Positions 12,096-24,142 of a DNA stretch of 64,000 nucleotides are shown in pieces; position 1 is the first letter of the stretch; every line of letters begins with the position of its first letter. The stretch comes from Carcharhinus longimanus (lineage: Eukaryota): contig JASCQW010000081.1 in NCBI GenBank assembly GCA_030264375.1, positions 50,447,514 through 50,511,513 on the forward strand, in the 5' to 3' direction. The notes below the pieces were generated by a model. That model ran no database searches. It saw only the letters and a list, made by a program, of their open reading frames with translations, and had not been told where the DNA came from. The translations under genes were made by a program, and so were the position numbers.

Positions 12096-13787
12096 ATCTA
12101 TGACACAAACTGTTGCCCTCTAACTCACCATGGATGACAGCTTGGACTTTGACCTGAATATAAGAATATAATGATTAAAAACAAAACAATATTATTTATT
12201 TGAGTTCAAAACCAACATAAGCTTCTAAAACATCATATAAATTAAACAAAGTTAAACTTGTACACTAGGCTACATATGTCAGCAGGCTGTCAATTCATAA
12301 GGAGACTAATAACATCTAATATAAAATGGATTTGAGGTTTAACTTCTTAAAAATTCTAATTCTCACCAACTCATTGCATTAGCTGTTTTGATATAACTAA
12401 TAAGTCAAGCTATTTGTAACTCATTGTAATTACAAGCAAACCTTCTTGCATTTCTTGCCAGACGAAGGTAAGCATTGCCAATGGGTACGTACCCGGCAAT
12501 GTAGAAACTGGATAGACAATAATAAGCAATTACAGGACTAATGAAAATGATGGGGTGGGGGGAGGGATGTAAGGGGAAGGGGCAAAGGGGCAGGGAGAGG
12601 AAGGATAGAATCAGAGATTCTAGGCCATAATGAGAGGGCCACGTGGATGAATAGGTGCAGCATGACAGAAATAAACTCTGCAGAAGAGTCTCCCAGCCAC
12701 TTTAATGGCACAAGAGGAATCATTTGGGTGCTATTACATTCTATTGCTATTTCAATGAGAAAATGAGTTCTACTGGACTAATTGTTGAGGTGTCTATTCT
12801 GCTGGATTCAGCATTGACTCTGATTAGTTAAATGCTGATGAACAGCATCAGCTACTTTGATGAGAAAGAACCATCAGATAGAATCCATAAGATCTCTATA
12901 GTGCAAAAGAGGCCATTTGAAAGAGCATGGGTGGAATGCTCCCAAGAAAATTTTGAATTTGCATAAAAACTGGAGTTGCTTTCAGTGGGACTTTCAAAAT
13001 GTATCTCCTACACTCTGTATCACATTGACCCCTAGTTAAAAATCTGTAAGTGGGGTGTATTTCCACTGGAGAAACCAGCAGCACAGTGCTGAGTGGACCA
13101 CTGTGCTTTTGCTAATCTGTCATAGCAGAGATTGGCGCATGCGCAGTAGCTCTGCACTGCTGGCCTCCCGATCACTGTCCAGCTCGATTGCTGACCAACA
13201 CAGCAACCCTGCATTGCTGGTTGTGCAACCTCCCAATCGCTGGGCTGCCAGATGTGTCTGGGCCAGCTCTGATGCTGACCCCCCTCAACCTGGCCCACTT
13301 CGATCCCCCCCACCTCCCTCCGCCTCCCCCCCCCACCGACTCCACCCGTGGCAGTCACAACCTTCCTAAATAATCTCCCCACCCACAGTCTCGACCCAGC
13401 CCTGATACCCCAGGAGGCGGACCGCCCCTCATCCCAATGGACAGGGCCAATCACTGGCTTACCCCTCTCTGTCATGGACCCCAAGTGCAGATTGGCAATA
13501 GGAACCCCCCCAACCCTCACTAATCATCTGCCCAAAGGCCCTGCTCCCTAATAGGCCCTGCCCTCCTCTGGCCCCACCCTCTTGTCTCTACCCGATGTCC
13601 AGCGGCCAGTGCCAAGTTGCCCCCCCCCACCCCCAGTATTGCCATTTTACCCCTTGGGAGGCAGACAGCCAGGTTTGCACTGCCAGTCTGGCAATGCCAA
13701 GGGGTCACCTCTCCCTTATCCCCGACCTCCTGAGGGCCTTCATGGTCCTCCTTCACTCCAACAGGATTGGATCACCAGCTCCCCAAT

Positions 13788-13861
13788 AGAACATAAGAAC
13801 ATAAGAAATAGGAGCAGGAGTAGGCCATCCAGCCCTTCGAGCCTGCCCCGCCATTCAATAA
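13788..13861 (-). mobile_element. Young CR1 3' tail abutting an assembly gap
   Basis: (agaacata)n terminal repeat plus a tail nearly identical to 1-77, 37612 and 49329. Confidence 0.8.
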
Positions 13862-14164
13862 NNNNNNNNNNNNNNNNNNNNNNNNNNNNNNNNNNNNNNN
13901 NNNNNNNNNNNNNNNNNNNNNNNNNNNNNNNNNNNNNNNNNNNNNNNNNNNNNNNNNNNNNAGATAGGTGCAATGTCTGGACACATTCGTTTTGCCTGCA
14001 GAGGACTGGTCTCTGCATAAATATATGTAACTCTAGCAAGATCTACATTGTGAGTCCAACTGATAAACTTATTCGTTGTTAGTAAATAAGCTTGAGTGTG
14101 TTAAGAATTACACTAAGTACTGCCCAATCATGGAGTTATATTTAGCATTAAATATGTGCTCTGA

Positions 14165-14760
14165 ATTTTATAAATTGGAAACAGCCAAAAGGACGAGTTG
14201 TTTGACATGATCCACCAGTTGTTGGGATGTTCGGCCCAAGTACCTCGCGTTGCACTGGCAGCAACATTCATATATCACATTACTCATTTGTGCAGTGGGT
14301 ACAATGTCTTTTTGGCTTGACAGCAACATCCTATTAATGGAAAATACCACTCGTGTTGCCACTGTATAGTACCAGCATGAAATAGCTAGTTTCACCTGTT
14401 GTTCAAATTTTTGAGATTCTTCACTGTTACAGCATCTTTTGAGGTAGACTGGGTATTTTTCAGGTCCAAAGGTGTGACCTGAACAAGAAATGATCTAACT
14501 GGGGTAGTCAGTACCTCGCAGGATAGCTTTGATGTGGCATATTTCAGCAAGATTCCATGGTGAGCAAACGGTTCAGGTCATATTTACCAAGACTCCCGAT
14601 AAGGGCAATCTTGTAGTGAGTGAAGCTGTAGGAAACCCAACGCACATACTGACGAATGAGGTTGGGCTTGTGGTAGACTGGACATAGGAGAGAAGCCATT
14701 CGCAGATTTCACAACTAACATGTTGAGAATTTGAGAACAGGATGGACCGCATTAAGATGT
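14165..14760 (-). mobile_element. Degenerate Penelope-like element (RT C-terminus plus GIY-YIG endonuclease)
   Basis: ORF 14168..14395 SNVIYECCCQCNARYLGRTSQQLVDHVKQ matches the GIY-YIG pattern (VIY..C.C...YIG.T); frameshifted RT-thumb remains upstream. Confidence 0.75.
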
Positions 14761-15015
14761 ACCAGGATATTACTTTTTGCAATTAGTAAATAGCCCTGTG
14801 TAAATGTTGGACAGGGATTGAGCTCATTAATGATTCCTCTCCCATTGTGAAAGGGCTTGCTAACTGTCATTATCTAGATTTACACAAGAACGTAGGCACT
14901 ACAATAGACATCAGCAGCTTAGGAGGACAAGAAACTGCACATGACAGCAATGACATGTATTATACCAGTCAGTCTGGTGATTGATGGATAGTATTATTGG
15001 CAGATGTCCCATAGA

Positions 15016-15108
15016 ATTGCTCAATGTGTTGGAATTTAAATCCTTTGCTACTGCTCAGAGTGTTGGAGTTTAAACCCCATAACATTGCTCAGTGTATTGC
15101 AGCTTATA
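15016..15108. repeat. Three degenerate tandem copies of a ~34-bp unit
   Basis: ttgctcaatgtgttggaatttaaa / ctgctcagagtgttggagtttaaa / ttgctcagtgtattgcagcttata. Confidence 0.6.
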
Positions 15109-17272
15109 GTTCTGTAGTGGAGAGGAAGGCAATGCTTTAGGAGCTAGAAAAGATTTGGTTTTAAAAAAAAGTACTTGTGAGAAGTGCTCAACATTGTTAG
15201 GTAAACACTTTATAAGTTCTTTTTAAATATTCATTCCTGAGACTGAGTCAATTAGTAATTTTGGGGTTAGAAACAGAAACCATCTCCAACGCACGCTGTC
15301 TGACTAGCTGAGAGAACCAAAATTAACTTTTCAAGTTGATCAGTCTTCAGAACTAGATGAAGCTTTGAGCTTGACAGAAGACTTTATACATATACTGAAG
15401 GATAAATACATGTTTCCTGGATTTGACCATTATAAATCATTTTTGTATAAATTTGCAGTGTGGTTTTATTTAGAATGCATTATTATGGATTAATGACATG
15501 GAGTCCACAATTATTGTTTGAAGGGATAGCCTCCAAAATTACACAAACAAATCCCAAATATTCATTACCCAAAATAAAATTACAACCAGAGATAACATTT
15601 TTGTTTATGTATCAGGTAAAAAGTAATATAAAATAAACTCAGTAGAATCAAGAGAGGGAAATTATTCCTGTTGCTAATACAAATGTGTTTGAGCATAAAG
15701 CACTTTCGCTAAAGTTAACTGAAGGAATTCTTCAGCTCCAGAATAAAGATGTGGGTGTGAATTAAATTGTTTTAAGAAATGAAAGACACTAGAGAGTGAT
15801 TACAGAGTTGCAATCTAACCCTGGGTTCCAAAGTCTAATCTAAATCAATTTAAATACATGAATGAATACTGTTATCTTTGCCCTTTGATTATATTAGATA
15901 CCTATTACATAAGCATGCTATTTAACATGTTTTACTTGATTATTTTCCTCCATATAAGCAATGCTAATTGATATGGGCATGTGATGGTCTGTTAACCAGT
16001 ATCCATGGCATTCAGTGAGTTACTGATCACAAGTTCAGCACTATGCATAACAGATCGTGTGCAGGCTTTGTTATCCTTTGGTGGACATGGAACTCACTTA
16101 AAAAATGACTAGTTACTGTGTTGGACAGACGATAGCATTGTTATTCCAGGGAGTTGAGATCAAATAGGTTGAAGGAACTGCTTTATCTGAACCTATCTGT
16201 AATTTTGTACAACTCCAGAGAGGCAATTGGGCAAAACTAAGTGAATGATCAGCTGACAATCAGTGTAGCATTTTCAGCATAACAGATTGTTCCGGCTATG
16301 ATCTCCCATACCTATAATAAGGAAAATTATATTATACCTAGATTAGGATCCATTTTCTATTTAATATGACATTCTTTATGCATACTCAAAACACAAGACT
16401 GAAATAACTGTTAGGCTGCACAAATGCAAAAGTCATAGGGAGGAATTTAATGTCACCCCCACCTGCACTTTGCCAAAGGTGATTCTGAGGCAGGGGGCTG
16501 CATTTCATTGGATGGGAACCCCGACACCTCAAATCTCTCCCCAATTGATCACTACGTTTATATCATTACTCATGCTTCTGGGGGAAGTTAGATTCTGGTA
16601 ACACCATTGCAGCATAAATTACACTGCGATGCCTTCAAGAGATGTTTTCACCTCCATGGCAACAGCAAAGCTAGGTTTTGGCTTTCAGCATTGGCCTTTT
16701 GGAACATCTAAAGCCAGAAACTTCAATTTTGAAACCACAGACAGAGGGCAGTGGGAGCCCTACATTTGTCACCAAAACTGGCAACACCGTCACAGATCTG
16801 ATCACCAGGGGACCCCAAGGGAACTGAATCCCTAACTGGCAGTGAGGACCCTGCCATTGGGCTCCTGGCTCCATGGGCATCACTTAATTGCTGAACCTTC
16901 TCCAGTAGAGTGGAAATCCTGCCTTGGACGGCTGCTGCTCAAAAGAAGCCGGAAGCTCTCCATCATCAGCTGTGCCACTGGAGTCAGTGACTGCTGCCAA
17001 TAATGTACTTGGAGCCTTCACCAGAGTTCATTCTGAGATTCCTGAAGAAAGATAAGTGAGATGGCGGTCGTTGCCAGGGAGGGGATTCAGATAAAACTGC
17101 AGGGTCGGCGGTCACAGTGGGCATCTCCTTCCCACCCTGAGTACCTTTGAATTAGGGGCTCTCTTGAAAGCCACAGGATGTGCTTGTTGGTCTCCTGGAT
17201 AGCCACTGTCCCATCTGCTGCTATGTGGTGGGTATTATGCTCAATGTTACAGGTGACAGAACTAACTTGGCA

Positions 17273-17535
17273 TTTAAATCTTTGTTTATTAGTGTCACAA
17301 GTAACACTGCAATGAAGTTACTGGGAAAATCCCCTAGTTGCCACACTCTGGTGCTTGTTCAGGTACATTAAGGGACAACTTAGCATGGCCAATGCACTTA
17401 ACCAGCACATCTTCCGGACTGTGGGAAGAAACCACAGCACCCGAAGGAAACCCATGCAGACACAGGGAGAACTTGCAGACAATGACCCAAGCCAGGAATC
17501 GAACCCAAGTCTCTGACGCTGTGAGTGCCACCATG
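17273..17535 (-). mobile_element. V-SINE, tail type B
   Basis: V core plus tail ...cagtaacttcattgcagtgtt..cttgtgacactaataaac. Confidence 0.85.
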
Positions 17536-17906
17536 TAAGCCAGTAAACACTAGTAATGGTGGTGGGATAAGGCCCTTAACTGGGCACTAATTGCCAATTA
17601 AGGGCCTCAATTGGCATCTGCTGCCAGCCTTCCTGCCTGGACTTAATTGGAGGAAGGTTTCAGATGGCAGGGTTCCCACCCAATGAAAACATTGTTGCCA
17701 TGTGTTACCAAAGGCTAACTGCCCCCAGAAGCAGTAGTGCTGATGTAAATGCAGTGATCAATGTTACTGCCCATCATTACCGCAGGTTACCAATGATGTT
17801 AATGATNNNNNNNNNNNNNNNNNNNNNNNNNNNNNNNNNNNNNNNNNNNNNNNNNNNNNNNNNNNNNNNNNNNNNNNNNNNNNNNNNNNNNNNNNNNNNN
17901 NNNNNN

Positions 17907-18200
17907 AGCAAGACCTCCCTGCTTTTATATTCTATCCCCCTCGCTATAAAGGCCAGCATTCCATTCACCTTCTTGATCACCTGAAGACTGGGTTTTTGCC
18001 ATTTGTGCACAAGGACCCCCAGGTCCCTCGGCACTGTAGTATGCTGCAGCTTTTCGCCCTTTAAATGATAATCCCTCCTACTACTATTTCTACCAAAGTG
18101 GATAACCTCACATTTGCTAATGTTATACTGCATCTGCCAGGTCCTCGCCCACTCGCTCAGCCTATCCAGATCTCTCTCCAGACTTTCCGCGCAATTCGTT
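17907..18200 (-). mobile_element. CR1 ORF2 RT fragment
   Basis: MQYNISKCEVIHFGR...RDLGVLVH...GMLAFIARGIEYKSREVL. Confidence 0.9.
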
Positions 18201-18657
18201 TTTCCACTGCCTCTGAGCAGTAGCAGTGGTTAGGATGCGTGGCCCAAATCAGCGTTCTTTATACAAATTCAGGGAGGATAGGGAACAAATTGAATGCAGG
18301 TATAAATTCAGCTTGGAGCAGGAGACATGGTGGTCATACATGGCTGCAAGATGGCCAAGAGTGGCAACTCAATATACCAGGTTATAATATCTACAGGAAA
18401 GATAGGTAAACTGATAGAGGGAAGAGTAGCCTTAATGATTAATGATAAAATTATTTTGATGATAACAGAAGATTTCATGAGATATATGTATGTACACACA
18501 CAATCTGTAAAGTAATGGAGACTTGATGAATAGAATTTAAGATTGTAGTGGGAGTTGCGATTGGGACCCTTTGTAACAGTTGTGAATTGGTAGACTATGT
18601 CAATGCAGAAACTGGACAGGCATGCACCAATGGCAAAGTGGTTTCCACTGAAGATTT

Positions 18658-18867
18658 TGGGTGCGATTCTGCAGCCTCCCAGCAATGTGTTTCCAGCCAG
18701 TAGTAGGGGGCACATTGTTTGCTAGCTGCGGGATTTGCTTGTCCCGTCTCTGTCAATGGGAATTCCCATTGACATCACCCCATGCCAGTGGGAAACCTGC
18801 AGGTGGGGATGGGCTGCCGGTGGGACTGGAGAATTCTGTCAGTGTGAATGACCGGAGAATTCCAGCC
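18658..18867. mobile_element. Putative non-autonomous DNA transposon (MITE-like) with internal palindromes
   Basis: Perfect palindrome gtcaatgggaattcccattgac; related GC-rich segments near 21260-21385, 33945-34070 and 49500-49630. Confidence 0.5.
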
Positions 18868-19039
18868 TTTAGCTTTCATTGGGATAAGCAGGTCAGGACA
18901 TGCCAGAAAGTAAGTTTCTTGAGTGTATTTGGGATGGTTTTCTGTTGCAACAAGAGTGTATGCCAAATGAGATTTAGCAGTGCACCAGATTTAGCTAACA
19001 GTCTAACATTGAGTGAACATTTACGTAATGTCAATCATT

Positions 19040-19487
19040 AGGAGAGGCTGGAGACAGAGAGCAGGGATGGTGGGCAGACACACTAATTGACAGAATACGA
19101 TGAAAGGTGTCTGGTAAGGATCTGTGTTGGGGCCTCAACTATTCACTATATTTATTAATGACACAGATGACGGGATCTAAATCCAAATGTTCTCATTTCC
19201 AATTTGCTGATGATACAAAGATAGGCATTGTCAGCAGTGTAGATGGAAGTGCAACATTACAAAGAGACATTGATAAATTCTCGGAATGGACGAAACTGTG
19301 GCAAATGAATTTCAGTGTAGCCAAGTGTGAGTTCATCCTCTTTGGACCTAAAAAGAATAGATCAATGTACTTCCTAAAAGGTGAAAGGATAGAAGTAGCA
19401 GAAGTCTAAAAAGATTAGTGGTATAGCTACATAGATGCTTAAAATATCATGACCAGGTACAGAAAATAATCAAAACATTAATGGAGT
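19040..19487 (+). mobile_element. CR1 RT fragment
   Basis: FADDTKIG...LQRDID..EW..LWQMNFSVAKCE in ORF 19107..19409. Confidence 0.85.
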
Positions 19488-19815
19488 GAACAAAGAACAA
19501 AGAACAAAAACAGCCCGGGAAACAGACCCTTCGGCCCAATGAGCCCGCGCCGCCATTTTAACATTACGAGTCCCCCCTCCACCCATAACCCTTATCTATG
19601 GTTATGGCATTCCACATTGAGGGAAACTAATTTAAGGACAATTTATTACCTCCAATCAGCCTAATAACTCATCTTTGGGGTGTGGGAGGAAACCAGAGCA
19701 CCTGGAGAAAACCCACGCAAGCACGGGGAGAATGTGCAAACTCCCACAGACACCGGCCCAAATCCATGTATCTGCACAGCACACAGTGATAGTCACTGAG
19801 CCGTCATGCTGCCCG
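19488..19815 (-). mobile_element. V-SINE variant, tail type C ending in (ttgttct)n
   Basis: Head gggcagcatgacggctcagtg, V core, tail ggcggcgcgggctcattgggccgaagggtctgtttcc...ttgttctttgttc. Confidence 0.8.
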
Positions 19816-20030
19816 TCAGATGGTCCAGTTTAAGCGTACACTAACAACGTGAAGCACTAGGCAACTCTCGAAGCAACATCCAAGAGTAGCCCTCGCACGA
19901 CCCACCGCATGTATGCTCCTTGTTGGACAACAAGGTGGACCGAATCTCCTGTGGATTAAAAGAGAAGACATATATGAGGCTGAATTATAGTTTTACCTTA
20001 ACTCAAGTATTCAATCAATGTTGAAGCCAT

Positions 20031-20282
20031 GCGCCAGGGTTCTGGATTCGATTCCTGGCCTGGGTCACTGTCTGCACGTTTTCCCCATGTCTGTGTGGGT
20101 TTCCTCCAGGCGCTCCGGTTTCCTCTCAAAGTCCAAATATGTGCTGGTTAGGAGCGTTAGCCATGCTAAATTCTCCCTCAGCGTACCCGAACAGGCACCG
20201 GAGTGTGGCAACTAGGGGATTTTCACAGTAACTTCATTTCAGTGTTAATGTAATCCTACTTGTGACACTAATAATTAAACGT
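20031..20282 (+). mobile_element. V-SINE, tail type B, 5' truncated
   Basis: V core plus cagcgtacccgaacaggcaccggagtgtggc...cttgtgacactaataa. Confidence 0.85.
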
Positions 20283-20569
20283 AAGAATCTTTTTTGGACA
20301 ATCACATAAAATTACACAGAATATAAAATATAGAAATAGGTCACTCAGCCGAGAGATTTATATTGCTATTCATATCTGCTCAAGCTTCCTCCCATATCTT
20401 ACTTCATCTCACCCTATCGTCATTTTTACATTTTCTCTTTTGAACGCACGCTAGTTTTCCTTTAAATGTGCCCTCACCTTCCATACCAACACTCTGAACC
20501 CCTCTCTGCTAAATCGGATCTCCGTGACCATTACTTTCTGAGCTTGTGCCATCCTCAGCATGTTTAGAA

Positions 20570-20848
20570 ATGTAGAAACTAGAAGGAGTCGAGCATTCGG
20601 CCTTCGAGCCTGCTCTGCGATTGATTATGATCATGGCTAGTCATCAAATTTAATATCCCTGATTCCCTCTTCCCTCCTTATCCCTTGATCCCTTTAGCCC
20701 CAAGAGCTATATCTAATTTCCTCTTGAACTGGGAAGTTGAGTTGAAACACCCAGAGGAAACCTGCACAGACGGTGACCCAAGCCAGGAATTGAACCCGGG
20801 TCCCTGGAGCTGTGAGGCAGCAGCACTAACCATTGTGCCACCATGCCT
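20570..20848 (-). mobile_element. CR1 3' tail next to a SINE 5' portion
   Basis: CR1 tail at about 20570-20730, then a tRNA-derived SINE head at about 20746-20848. Confidence 0.7.
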
Positions 20849-21064
20849 TCCATATGTTAATGGGTAAAGTTTTAACTCAATCAAAACCCTCCAACTTAGA
20901 GTGTTAAAATTGGGTAAATGATTCCAGATTGATGATGTGGACAATGTCAATTACTTGACATAAAGTCATGGTGGGATTATGTGAGATGAGTTGATACAGG
21001 ATATGATGACAACTCATTGAATGCAGGGCAGTTTTATCCTGTAACCCATGGGAGTTTTATTTAT

Positions 21065-21780
21065 CCTTCAAGGCAATCATTTGTCGCCCATGTCTAATTG
21101 TTCTTGAGAAAGTAGTGGTGAGCTGCCTTCTTGAACCGCTGGAGTACTTCTGGTGTAGGTACACCTACAGTGCTGATAGTGACAGTGAAGGAACAAGTGA
21201 TATTTTCCGATATCACCCGTGCTTGTTATTCTCCAGTCTCGCTGTAGTGAAGGGAGTTTTGGCAAATTCTCTGTTCTCTCTGGCAGGGGGCAACAGGGGC
21301 GAACAAGATCGGAGATTCCCACCCACAGTTCCACATCAGGATGATGTGTGGCTTACAGGGACACACGCAGATGGCAGAATTCCCTTATCCTCTGTCCTTC
21401 CGAGTAGTAAAGATCACAGATTTGCAAAGTGTTGTCGGAGGTGCATTGGTGAATTGCTGCTGCGCATCTCATAGATAGTTGAGTTGGCATTTTGCACTGG
21501 TGGTGGCAGTAGTGAATGCTTAAGGTGGTGAATGGGGTGTCAATCAATTGGGCAGGTAAATTCAGGATAGCATCAGGTTTCTTGAGTGTTGTTGGACCTG
21601 CACTCAACCAGGCAAGTGGAGAGTAGTCTATCACACTCCTGATATGTGCCTTGTAAGTGGACAGGCTTCGTGGGATTAGGGGATGAGTTATACACACCTC
21701 AGAATTCCCAATATCTGACCTGCTCTGATTTATGTGGCCGGTCCAGTTTCTGGTCCATGGTAATCCTCCAAAGTGTTGAT
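21065..21780 (-). mobile_element. Non-LTR retrotransposon 3' end (CR1/Jockey group) interrupted by a MITE-like insert
   Basis: ORF 21353..21697 YKAHIRSVIDYSPLAWLSAGPTTLKK; related 3' end repeated at about 22385-22570. Confidence 0.7.
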
Positions 21781-22578
21781 GATTTCAGCAGCATTTTGCT
21801 TTGGTATTGAGCTAGGCGAAAGACGCAATGCTAAAAGATGCAATGACTTTTCTCCTCGCTAAATATGTGTCAAAATCTGAATGTTACTGGAGTTCTGTCA
21901 AGGAATAAGCTAATTTAAAACCTCACCCTCACCAGTTCTTCATTAGAACATCTAGAATAAAAAGAAATTGTAGCAGCAGATTAATTTTTATGTGTTTATG
22001 ATGTGTAGCAGCAGATGGTTCCAATTAAAGTCCCAGCCTATCTGTAATGTCAAAATGTAATCTATTGCTTAAATCTACTCATTATTTAAGTGTCTATTTT
22101 TCAAATGAATACTGAAGTAATACTTGATAAAACCTTGCAATAAAAAGGCAATACCTTTCTTGCCTTCAAGTCAGGTCAAATATGAAGTTTCTGATGACAG
22201 CATGCCCACAAATTGCCTATTTTCATGCTATAATAATGTTCATTAGAATCACACACGCTTGGCAGACTTCTCCTTGCAACAGCTGAAGGGCCCTGCTCCC
22301 CATGTGCCAGCAGTTTTTAACAGCTGTGTTGAATGGCATCCAAAAAGTAGATCTTCAGCGAGAGTATTGAGTTGAACATGCCTTTTCTTATTCATTCCTG
22401 GGAAGCGAGCATTGCTGGCAAGGTCAGTGTTCATTTCCCTCTGCACTGTCCTTGAGAAGGTGTTAGTGAGCTGCCTTCTTAAACCAGTGCAAGCGTGATA
22501 GCAGAGGTGCACCCAACCGTGGGCAGGGAGTTCCAGGCTTTTCAGCTGGCTACATTGAATAAATGGCGATGTGGTTTG

Positions 22579-22770
22579 AATCATAGAACCCTACAGTGCA
22601 GAAAGAGGCCCTTTGGCCCATCGAGTCTGCACCGAACACAATCCCACCCAGACCCTACCCCCATATCCCTACATATTATACCCACTAATCCCTCTAACCT
22701 ACGCATCCCTAGGCACTAAGGTGCAATTTCTAAACATGGCCAATCAACCTAACCCGCACATCTTTGGACT
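22579..22770 (-). mobile_element. HE1-like SINE 3' half, tail A
   Basis: catagaaccctacagtgcagaaagaggcc tail. Confidence 0.8.
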
Positions 22771-23171
22771 TCTCTGTCCATTGACTGTAGATGCTATATA
22801 TGAAATGTGTTTGGGCAGTCTAAATACATTTCTTGTAGGAGCATGATCCTTCTATGGGAAAACTGGCACTACTTAACAATCTCATTCCAAGAGAATTGTG
22901 GCAAATCGAGAAAGTTACACTTTGGTACAAAGGGGATATCTTCTGAGGCCGGAGCCATGGCATACTGTGTGGGTAGACCAGAGGAAACTTTACTCTGCAT
23001 TGAGTTTGGATATATCTGACATGGGATTATTTGATGTTGCCACTTAAGGTTTTGATTTTAACTGGTTCACCAGGCAGAAACCAGGGGGCTGTTAAAAATG
23101 GGGTGGGGGGGGTGGGTATGCAAGGTTCTTTATTCACTCTTTTGCTGTTTGATCTCGCTGACTAGCAAACT

Positions 23172-23476
23172 GGGACAGCATGGTGGCAGAGTGATTAGCA
23201 CTGCTGCTCACAGCACCCGAGCACCTGAGTTCAAATCTTGGCATAGGTCACTGTCTGCATGGAGTCTGCATGTTTTCCCTATGTCTGCATGGGTTTACTC
23301 TGGATATTCCAGTTTCCTCCCACAGGCCAAAAGACATGCTGGTTAGGTGCATGGACCATGCTAAATTCTCCCTCAGTGTAACCGAACAGGTGCCAGAGTG
23401 TGGCGACTCGGGAATTTTCACAGTAACTGCACTGCAGTAAAATGTAAGCCTATTCGTGACACTAATAAACTTTAAA
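23172..23476 (+). mobile_element. V-SINE, full length, tail type B
   Basis: A and B boxes, V core, tail ending gtgacactaataaactttaaac. Confidence 0.88.
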
Positions 23477-24142
23477 CATTGCAAGGATACCCATCTCAAA
23501 TGAGTGGAGTCCTCTTGATTGACCTCTAACTACATTATTGGGGCCAGATCTGCTTTATTTTAAAAGTTGAAGCATGAGCAGTAGAGCAGTCCCAATTTCC
23601 CTTTAAATGAAACCTGCTGGGAACAGCAACTAAGGTTAGTGGAGGTCTAGCAAGTTGGGTTTAAACTTTTAAGGCCTTTTGACCTTAAATAAAATTCCCC
23701 AACCAAGCTGTAGCCATCCGCTGACATGTCCCAGGGACAGTTCACCTGGATTCCAATGCCAGGTTCCTATTATTTTAAAAACTAGACAGCTGTTTTCAAC
23801 AGACTTCATAGCAATTTTTGCTGGGAAGTAGGAAACTGACAAGCTAATGAGGCCCACTGGTTAAAATTGGCTGAAAATGCCTGCTCCTCCCCAACATATC
23901 GCTCTCTTTGTTGTGTTTCTGCCCAGTGGTTAAAATTGAGTGGTTAGTGTCTAATTCTCCAACACTGAAGCGAGGTGAGGTGCAGTGGTGGTAGATCACT
24001 GAGAAACTATCTTAAAAACACTCAAGTGTTGCACAGAGCTGTTCTGACAATGCTGATGGTTCTTGTTGTTTTTGATTGCGAAAAATGGGTTGTAGGAGTA
24101 ATAGCAAGACAACAAACTACAGAGACAGTCACATTTCAATAC

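Noticed and set aside
13032-13790. Several overlapping Pro/Gly-rich ORFs
   Set aside because: GC-rich, low-complexity repeat-derived sequence produces spurious ORFs; no splice or homology support.
15016-15108. Regularly spaced repeats superficially like a CRISPR array
   Set aside because: Eukaryotic context, degenerate tandem units without true spacers, and no cas genes.
15300-15360. Possible additional hammerhead (ctgaaga...gaaa) on the minus strand
   Set aside because: Stems cannot be formed; at best a heavily decayed pseudo-LTR.
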